DNA of 64,000 nucleotides from an uncultured virus (IMG/VR IMGVR_UViG_3300008108_000012). Its lineage: Duplodnaviria > Heunggongvirae > Uroviricota > Caudoviricetes. The DNA lies in the IMG/VR virus record IMGVR_UViG_3300008108_000012; one strand, given 5' to 3'. A program made the position numbers and the translations under genes. The stretch's first letter is position 1, and each line of letters opens with the position of its first letter. This document shows, piece after piece, positions 27,418 through 34,516 of this stretch. Under the pieces are notes generated by a model. It searched no databases, was not told the DNA's origin, and saw only the letters and a list, made by a program, of their open reading frames with translations.

Positions 27418-30400
27418 GCTGTCGCCTTAGCTAGCTGGTCTTTGATTGACCACATGATTCTTTGCCGCATACGCGCCTCCGCAACGTCTTCCATTGACTT
27501 GTCTTTCATGTCCTGAATCCAGCTGTCTGGGTTAAAGAAGTCCACGCCCGTATCGTTGCGGACTGTCATTTTTGCTCCAGCAGCCTCAAGTTGTTTGCGG
27601 ATTTTTTCTGCCGCAAGGAGTCGGGCTAAATTAACATTAGAACCAACGGACAATAATTTTTTATTGGCTATTTCTCTAGCTATAATTTCGGCATCTTCGG
27701 CGCTTACACCGGCGTTGTCAACCCAATACTGAGATTCTTTCATTTTTGAAAAAGAAGGTATGGTTGCGTCCGTGTCGTATCCCCTTGCAATTCTGTCTTC
27801 GTTTCTTTGCCCAGGCAACGATTCTGACTCAAAAAGCACCTCAACAGGGATTACCTCTGGAGAAGGGATTATTACTTCCTCTATGTCGGCAGCATCAAAT
27901 CCCCCAACAACGAGGGCTTCATAATACTCTTTTGATGGGCTGTTTGCTTCATAGCGCCTAGAAGAATAGTCACCCTTCCATTTCCCATGAAGCAAATCGA
28001 GCATATTTTCTACCGGTGTTGTTCCACCAAAAATAATCGACCGAGCAACTTCGTCTGGGTCGACCGACTCGACGCTGGCAGGGGTAAACCTAGTTCTCAG
28101 TGAATCACCATATCCATAAAAAGTTCTTCCGCTAGTTTCTGGGCGTAATATAACTTCAGCTCCGCCGTATACATGAACAGGACCGCGCATTGTTTCCGCA
28201 TTTCCTCGGGAAGTGAATTCAGGTAAATTGACTTCAGGGTCAGCGCCGGGGACTAGCTGTACCAAATCTGCTGCAGCTTTGTCTTCTGCGTTGAGCCAAT
28301 CTGTATGAACTATATAACCAGAAGCTGGCCTCATTGTGTCAGGGACGTCGGGGTGTATGCCTATTTCTGCTTCATAGACTTTTCTCATTGGACTATTGCT
28401 GTGGTCACTATCGACCTGATGGGTTGTCTTGTAGCCATTCTGAATAATGCGCGTCAAGTCCCCTTGCCATACCTGAATATGCGGGCGAGGGTCTATTCCG
28501 GCGTGAAACTCTGATATGGCATCAATTACTTCTTGCTCAAGTTCATCTTCAGACATTTCTGCTATGTGTGCCATGAAGTCAAGCTCAACGCCTCTTAAGT
28601 ACGGCGACATAACTGTTTGCTGTGGGTCTCTACCTTCTCCACCTATTGCATCTTGCAATGCTTTAGCAAACCATTGAATTCCACTTCTAGTCCTTTGACG
28701 GGCTTCTGATTTAGTCAATGGCTTACGAGCAAGGATTTCGCTTTGATTTAGCTTTGATTCAATTTCAGGCCAGGAATCAATGTACTCATCCGACATTGCT
28801 GCACCAACAGAGCTTTTCGTCGAGGCAAGCATCTCTTTAACCTGCACTGTTTTTGCCAAAGATGCTCGTTGAGGATTTCCCATCCTGCCAGATATTTGCT
28901 GGCTTGTCTCCATGGTTATCGAAGAAACAGGGCTACCGACATGAAATTTGTTGTCTTTGTTGTTCCACTCAATTGGCTTTAAACCGCTCTGCGGTTCTCT
29001 GCTGATACGAACTGCTGGTATTTTTTCTTCCTGAACCGTGCCACCTGCTTTTTTATATGCAGTATCGAAGTCGTCTCCCTCGCGGCGGAATGACATGAAC
29101 TTTGCACTGTCCAAATCTGTGTCGTCGTATCGCCTACCAACTAGGTCCCCATCTTTATCGATGATTGCGCCTCTTTGACCCTGCGCCATAATCAAATAAG
29201 CATCATCAGCGTCGACAAATACTGTGTTGTCATATGTTGACTCTATGTCGGTGTCTTCGATTGTGGTTCCGAGCATTGCGCTCTTTTTTCTGCGGAATGT
29301 TCCATCTTGCTGGCGCGTATATACAGAACCGTTTGCTGTCTCGAACTGGGAAGCACCCATGCGTCCTGAGATTAACTGGTCGTATTCGGCTTTTTTCTTT
29401 GAGTAATCCGCCATGTCTCTGTCGTACTGGGCACGGCGCTCCTGAACAATTAGCGGCACTTGGTCAACGTCGAGTATGCGTCTTGGTGTGTCTGGCCTTG
29501 ATGCGGCTCTATCTAGCATTCTTTCAATAATCATTGCTGACGCTTCAGAGTCAGCATCGGCTGTGTGCCAACCATCTCCCAGGTCAACTTCCAAGTATTC
29601 TGCTAAAGGACCAAGGCTATTAGAACCTTTTTTAGCACCAGTTTTTGGGTCAATCATTGTTGGACCATCTGGGTTTTCCGGTGTCCATCGTGGCAGTATT
29701 TCGTCGGCCATTGCCTTTGAGTCGATAACCCCAGCCGGTTTGTACTCCAGGCCAACCTGCCCAAGTATTCGTTCTAAAACTTCTAGGTCGAATGGAGTGT
29801 ATTGACCTCCCAGTAAAGCATCTTCACCAAAAAACTCTAATAGCTTTTCGTGAGATTCTTTTAGTGATGCTTTTGAAGCAAGCCATTCATCAGTCAATGG
29901 TTGCCCCTTGTCGTCTTTAAGATTCTTCTTGGCCCAATCACCCAGCGGTATTCCAGGGTTTACAAAGACATTGAAACGCTCAACAACTTTCCCATTCTTC
30001 ATTTTTACTGCGCCAATTTGCACTGGCATGTTGCCGTCATCACCAAACCCGGTGGTCTCATAATCAAAGAAAACAACTTCTTGGTCGCGGTATTTTTTTG
30101 CAAATTGTTTCCACGTAGATGAACCACGGAGTACATCCAGGAATTTTCCAGTAAATGGTCCGTTGTCTGGTTCGCGAGGACGCTGTGGTTTTACTGGGTC
30201 TGGGTTTCCCATCCGACCACTTATTCCATAGCTGACGCTGGGTTGCTTTTTGCCACGTGTAGTGCGTATGTTGTTGGAGCGAACAGCAGTTCTTACTCTT
30301 TGAGCATGAAGTGATGGTGGTCTGCTCGAAGGGCCTTGGATGTTCCCCATTCGACCACTGATGTTCCATTGATTTGGGGCTACACCAAAAACATCCTGCC

Positions 30401-32585
30401 CCAGTTTGTTCAGTCTTGCCAACGTATCCGCGGCAACGTTTCTTTCAAAGTCTTCAATAATGCTTTGCGGTATGGCTTGCCCTGGTGGTAATTGCTGAAT
30501 GATTTGATACAAAGCTCCACCAGGCTCTAACGCTCTCTGTCTTTCCTGTGTTGCCCATGCATCCAAGAAATGAGTGAGCAGGTTGTTGCTCTGATTCTTT
30601 CTAGCGGAAGTTGTTCGCAAGTCAATATCGCTTGGAGTCGCGTCAAATGGACCGCTCTGCAATTGGTCTTTGAAAGGGTTGAAACCAGGTGTTGCTGATT
30701 GCGCTCCTCTTAGTTCTCCAAATAAACGCCTATAGACAAAATACTCAGCTCTTGTCTCTACACCGGAGTCTGTCGCATATGCGCCACCAACGAGCGCAGC
30801 CATAAGTGGCAAGTCGCTTGGGTCGTGGTTTATGTTGTTTTGAAAGCCCCAAACAAGGTTTGCATAAAAAGCATTCATGTCATCTTGTAGGTCTATTTTT
30901 CGGCCACTAAAACGTGAACCGGTATACTGGGTGCCCTTTAGTCGTGCAGCAGCTTGAATCATGTCATCTATGAACGGGTTGTTCATAGGATTCGACACTT
31001 GTGACCAGTCAATTATCCACGCGCCGTTATATTTGTCTTGCTGAACAGAGGGACCAGCACCTGGTACGTTAACGACTCTTTGTGGAGCCGTATATCTTTG
31101 CATAGCATTAGGGTCTAATCCAAAAGCCTTCAGTTTTTGATAGAAGTCGACAACGTGGCCTGTTTCATGAACAGCGATGTAATGCATCCTGCCCTCGCGG
31201 CTATCCCACCACCCAGAGCCGTCGCTGTCCATATTGCGCCCAACATTATTGGCTTGCTGCCACATGCCAAATGGGCTTATTTTGAACCTTACGTGAGCGC
31301 CACCTTCTGCCATAAGGCCAGCTTGTCTAGCCATTTGTATGGCACCAACACCAGCCAGTCTTCCTCCGCTTTGAGGACTAGGGGAAAACGGGTCAACCTG
31401 GATTTCTACAGCAGTGTTAATGTCATCCATCATCTCAAATGTTGTGATGATTTTGTAAGCGTCTGGCTGTTCGGTCATCTGCTGAATTGTTGCTTGCCAA
31501 AAAGCTTCGAACATTCTCACGTACGCTCTGCGGTCGTTAAGACTCAAAACACCAGGAATTGCATTGTCGAAGTATTCAGAAAATTCATTGGGGTCAACAT
31601 TGGGCATGAATTCTTCCATTGCCCTCATGAAGTCAGCCTTATTTAGAACATCTCCAATTGGTTGACCTGCAAACCGTGAGCCAGGGGGGTAAACGATTGC
31701 CTCTGAAGCTTGCGCACTTGTCGAGTATCGTCTTTTTAATTCAGCCGCAGCGCGCGTTAGGTCCTTACCTCTTGCTATCGCTTCTCTTTTGCCGATGTAG
31801 TAAATGGGCATACCGGTTTTGGATGCCCCTCCCGTTCCTCGTGTTTGTCTCAAGCTTGGAGATGCTCCGCCTAGCATCGCCATTCTTCCGCCAATGTCCA
31901 TTCCTGCCTGAAGCATCGCCAAGTCTGAAGGAGAATATCTTGCTGCAGCATTAGAGCGACCAGATGGACTGCGGTCAACACGTTGCCCCATGCCCGCTGC
32001 CATTTGTTCTGCTGTACCAAATGCTCTTCTTGCTGCCCGAGCACCACTTTGCGCTGCGGCAGACGGCGAAGGTATAAAGCAGTTACTTCCGGTTATGTCT
32101 GTAAATTGGTTGGCAGCTGGTGTTCCTTCTGGACAACGCAATTTATTTTTGTCATCTACCCACAACCCTCTAGACCTAGCAACCATTGCCAGAAGAGAAG
32201 AAAGACCACGACTCAGTTTTGGCCCAAGGTTTTTAACCTCTAAAAACTCTTCTTCAATACTTTTTTTATTAGGTTTATAAGCTTTTTTAGTTGTTTCAGG
32301 GTTGTCTATGTAATAGTCCGACCCAGTAACCATTGGGTTATTGCTTAGGTGGCATAGCTTGATAATTTTTCCAGGTGGGAAAAACGGCAATGGGTCTGAC
32401 GGCTCCCAGTCAATTAAAAACTGCTCGTATTCAGACTGAGCCTTAGACGGCTTCTCTGGTTTATCTTCTTTTTTGACTTCATCGTCTGTATTTTTTTTAG
32501 AAGATGAAGAAGGAGCCGTGCTTAGTTTTGCATCTTTAGAAGATGCCATTCCTAGCAGTTTGTTTTTTAGTACATCATCCTGCAC
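27414..32585 (-). CDS. Multidomain protein, 1723 aa: RCP..FT..C module, zincin metallopeptidase, DEDDh 3'-5' exonuclease, unknown segment, DUF3626-like domain
   Basis: HETGH (31155-31169) with downstream YAT...VETRAE; FFDYETTG...PFDLEVL...WHTADAD; RPASGY..VYG..GDSL..YYEALV; five ISGRM-type linkers. Confidence 0.85.
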   Translation of the reverse strand: MQDDVLKNKLLGMASSKDAKLSTAPSSSSKKNTDDEVKKEDKPEKPSKAQSEYEQFLIDWEPSDPLPFFPPGKIIKLCHLSNNPMVTGSDYYIDNPETTKKAYKPNKKSIEEEFLEVKNLGPKLSRGLSSLLAMVARSRGLWVDDKNKLRCPEGTPAANQFTDITGSNCFIPSPSAAAQSGARAARRAFGTAEQMAAGMGQRVDRSPSGRSNAAARYSPSDLAMLQAGMDIGGRMAMLGGASPSLRQTRGTGGASKTGMPIYYIGKREAIARGKDLTRAAAELKRRYSTSAQASEAIVYPPGSRFAGQPIGDVLNKADFMRAMEEFMPNVDPNEFSEYFDNAIPGVLSLNDRRAYVRMFEAFWQATIQQMTEQPDAYKIITTFEMMDDINTAVEIQVDPFSPSPQSGGRLAGVGAIQMARQAGLMAEGGAHVRFKISPFGMWQQANNVGRNMDSDGSGWWDSREGRMHYIAVHETGHVVDFYQKLKAFGLDPNAMQRYTAPQRVVNVPGAGPSVQQDKYNGAWIIDWSQVSNPMNNPFIDDMIQAAARLKGTQYTGSRFSGRKIDLQDDMNAFYANLVWGFQNNINHDPSDLPLMAALVGGAYATDSGVETRAEYFVYRRLFGELRGAQSATPGFNPFKDQLQSGPFDATPSDIDLRTTSARKNQSNNLLTHFLDAWATQERQRALEPGGALYQIIQQLPPGQAIPQSIIEDFERNVAADTLARLNKLGQDVFGVAPNQWNISGRMGNIQGPSSRPPSLHAQRVRTAVRSNNIRTTRGKKQPSVSYGISGRMGNPDPVKPQRPREPDNGPFTGKFLDVLRGSSTWKQFAKKYRDQEVVFFDYETTGFGDDGNMPVQIGAVKMKNGKVVERFNVFVNPGIPLGDWAKKNLKDDKGQPLTDEWLASKASLKESHEKLLEFFGEDALLGGQYTPFDLEVLERILGQVGLEYKPAGVIDSKAMADEILPRWTPENPDGPTMIDPKTGAKKGSNSLGPLAEYLEVDLGDGWHTADADSEASAMIIERMLDRAASRPDTPRRILDVDQVPLIVQERRAQYDRDMADYSKKKAEYDQLISGRMGASQFETANGSVYTRQQDGTFRRKKSAMLGTTIEDTDIESTYDNTVFVDADDAYLIMAQGQRGAIIDKDGDLVGRRYDDTDLDSAKFMSFRREGDDFDTAYKKAGGTVQEEKIPAVRISREPQSGLKPIEWNNKDNKFHVGSPVSSITMETSQQISGRMGNPQRASLAKTVQVKEMLASTKSSVGAAMSDEYIDSWPEIESKLNQSEILARKPLTKSEARQRTRSGIQWFAKALQDAIGGEGRDPQQTVMSPYLRGVELDFMAHIAEMSEDELEQEVIDAISEFHAGIDPRPHIQVWQGDLTRIIQNGYKTTHQVDSDHSNSPMRKVYEAEIGIHPDVPDTMRPASGYIVHTDWLNAEDKAAADLVQLVPGADPEVNLPEFTSRGNAETMRGPVHVYGGAEVILRPETSGRTFYGYGDSLRTRFTPASVESVDPDEVARSIIFGGTTPVENMLDLLHGKWKGDYSSRRYEANSPSKEYYEALVVGGFDAADIEEVIIPSPEVIPVEVLFESESLPGQRNEDRIARGYDTDATIPSFSKMKESQYWVDNAGVSAEDAEIIAREIANKKLLSVGSNVNLARLLAAEKIRKQLEAAGAKMTVRNDTGVDFFNPDSWIQDMKDKSMEDVAEARMRQRIMWSIKDQLAKATA

Positions 32586-32605
32586 TGGAGTACCACCAGT
32601 GCTTG

Positions 32606-32857
32606 TTACTCAGCTGACCTAGGAAGCTCCGGTGACAAAGACAAGACAGGTTTTGTTTGTTTTGCTGGTGTGTCAACATCGTCGGCTGCGTCTTTCGTTT
32701 TCTTAGGCTTGCTTTCCTTTTTGGGAGCTTCCTCTTCCTTTTCCGCATCAGGCTCAACTTCTGCGATAGGGGCAATTTTTTGTGCCTCAACAACAGGTGC
32801 TGTCTCTGTTTTTCCTGCGCGGCGCTGTTCGCGCTCCTCTGGCGTAAGCTTTCTCAT
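32606..32857 (-). CDS. Small charged, low-complexity hypothetical protein (83 aa)
   Basis: ATG directly after the upstream stop, with a GGAG just upstream; fits the operon packing. Confidence 0.6.
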   Translation of the reverse strand: MRKLTPEEREQRRAGKTETAPVVEAQKIAPIAEVEPDAEKEEEAPKKESKPKKTKDAADDVDTPAKQTKPVLSLSPELPRSAE

Positions 32858-32859
32858 TA

Positions 32860-34311
32860 CTACTCCGATTCTGTTTCTGTATCTTCGGCGACGGTGAGCA
32901 TTTCAAATTCCATCAGCGTTGATAAGAAATTGTCATCTGCTGACTTTTCTCCAGCCTTTGCTTTTTCAATGTCTTCCTTTGAAACCCATGAAACTGGAAT
33001 CAAGTCTTCTTTACCAAGAGCAACTGCACGCTTCATGATGTGCGCTTTGGCTGCTGTTTTATCTTTTGCTCGGCCGTAAGCCTGAATTGCGTTGCGAAGG
33101 TCAGCTTCGTCGGCGATTGGGTAAGAGCCATCAGGAAGGGCTTGACCCTTGTCTGACATTGCCTTACGAGTGTCCTCGCTGTAAGCACGCTTCAGAGCAA
33201 TCTCGGCAGCTTCTGCTTCAATCTCTGTTGCTTCTTCCATTGTGTACTCGTCGTAACCAAGAACTTCACCATCGAGTGAAACGAAGACGTCGTAGGACTT
33301 GCCGTTAATGCCGTCAATCTCCACTGCGTAAACGTCGTATCCTTCGAATACGTCTGGTTCAACAGCAACGATGTCACCAGTGACTGTCTTTACCGCAATG
33401 TCAGCAGCATCGCCAAAGCTAATCATTGCTTTATTTACAAGCGCAGACTTTACTTCAACTAAATCGCTGTTCAAAAGGTGCCATCCCATAACTTCGCCAG
33501 ATGAACCATCGAAGAAAATCTCTACTGGCTTGCCATCTTTTCTTTCAATGTCAACCACAAATAGGTCTGCTTCGTCGGAGTAGCCAGAGTCAAGAACTTT
33601 ACCCTTGAACATGTCTTCTGCCATTCCTTCAACTTCAAGAAGAGAAGGCATTCCATCTTCTGGAACACATCCACCAGGGCATGAATCACAAACAGGAGAA
33701 CCGCCTGGGTAAACCTTGCGGTCGAAAGAGCAAAGGAATGCATCTTTATCAAATTCGGATGACTTGTATCCCATGCTGCCAAGACGACGATTTCTCATCT
33801 TTTGGCGAGAGGCCATCATGGAGTCTTCCATGTCGTCCTCTTCTTCCATCATGTCTTCTTCCATGTCAGCATCTTCCATGGCAACAACATTACGCTTGCG
33901 CTTTGGTGCCGCACGGCGGACGTACATTTCTGATTCATCATCATCAAGGTCGTCGTAACCCATCATCTTGCCGTCTTCGGTATCCATCATGTCGTCTTCG
34001 TCGTCCATCATGTCGTCTTCTTCCATGCCTTCCATGCCAACAAGGTCATCGTCCTCTTCGTCGTCAAGACTTGGGGGACCCATTGGGCGAGGCTTTTTGC
34101 GCATTGGTGTAGCGACTGGCATGCCAGCAGGTCCGCCACCCATGCCCATCATTCCTCCAATTGAAGCTGACTTCATTTGCTGTGCGACAGCGCCGCACTT
34201 ACCGCATACCTTTGCTCCAGGTGTGTAGCCACACTCGCCAGAGTCCATGCCCTTGGCACACTGAACCACTTCACCGTCAGCGTCAAGCTTTACTACTGGT
34301 GTCTCAGCCAT
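32860..34311 (-). CDS. Acidic head-operon protein (~483 aa): Cys clusters, Asp/Glu/Met-rich tract, two PepSY-like repeats, C-terminal DUF6582-like domain; possible scaffold or core protein
   Basis: Start moved to ATG 34311 (AGGAG RBS; TAATG overlap with the upstream stop). ISFGDAADIAVKTVTGDIVAVE..YAVEI..YDVFVSLDGEVL is PepSY-like; KGQALPDGSYPIADEADLRNAIQAYGRA is DUF6582-like. Confidence 0.75.
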   Translation of the reverse strand: MAETPVVKLDADGEVVQCAKGMDSGECGYTPGAKVCGKCGAVAQQMKSASIGGMMGMGGGPAGMPVATPMRKKPRPMGPPSLDDEEDDDLVGMEGMEEDDMMDDEDDMMDTEDGKMMGYDDLDDDESEMYVRRAAPKRKRNVVAMEDADMEEDMMEEEDDMEDSMMASRQKMRNRRLGSMGYKSSEFDKDAFLCSFDRKVYPGGSPVCDSCPGGCVPEDGMPSLLEVEGMAEDMFKGKVLDSGYSDEADLFVVDIERKDGKPVEIFFDGSSGEVMGWHLLNSDLVEVKSALVNKAMISFGDAADIAVKTVTGDIVAVEPDVFEGYDVYAVEIDGINGKSYDVFVSLDGEVLGYDEYTMEEATEIEAEAAEIALKRAYSEDTRKAMSDKGQALPDGSYPIADEADLRNAIQAYGRAKDKTAAKAHIMKRAVALGKEDLIPVSWVSKEDIEKAKAGEKSADDNFLSTLMEFEMLTVAEDTETESE

Positions 34312-34514
34312 TACTTCATCTCCTTGTACTGCATCGAATTTGATAAACAACCTTTAGGGTTGACGCATCCTCCACAAGGAAGAGCGCGTTTATCGCCCGT
34401 GACCATGCAGTGATACTTGTACGATTTTTTTTGATTGTCTACAGGTTTAGAATAACCTATTTGCGGTTTATTCTGGCTGACGTTCTTCTTCGGACGAGAG
34501 AATCTGGAAGACAT
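34311..34514 (-). CDS. Small Cys-rich protein (67 aa)
   Basis: Packed between the protease and the 483-aa gene; YHCMVTGDKRALPCGGCVNPKGCL four-Cys cluster. Confidence 0.6.
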   Translation of the reverse strand: MSSRFSRPKKNVSQNKPQIGYSKPVDNQKKSYKYHCMVTGDKRALPCGGCVNPKGCLSNSMQYKEMK

Positions 34515-34516
34515 TT

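Noticed and set aside
1249..31895. ISGRM Met as an internal translation start with the Gly codon acting as an SD
   Set aside because: The Gly codon is only 3 nt from the ATG and varies (GGA/GGC/GGT/GGG), and some variants lack Met (ISGRE, ISGRI, ISGKA). Not formally excluded without ribosome profiling.
832..32585. Inteins or introns explaining the giant ORFs
   Set aside because: I saw no HINT-type N-terminal C/S block paired with a C-terminal HN-C/S/T motif, and no LAGLIDADG motif; the reading frames are uninterrupted.
32575..32793. 72-aa alternative-frame ORF overlapping the 83-aa gene
   Set aside because: Non-ATG start inside another ORF with no clear RBS; the 83-aa frame fits the operon packing better.
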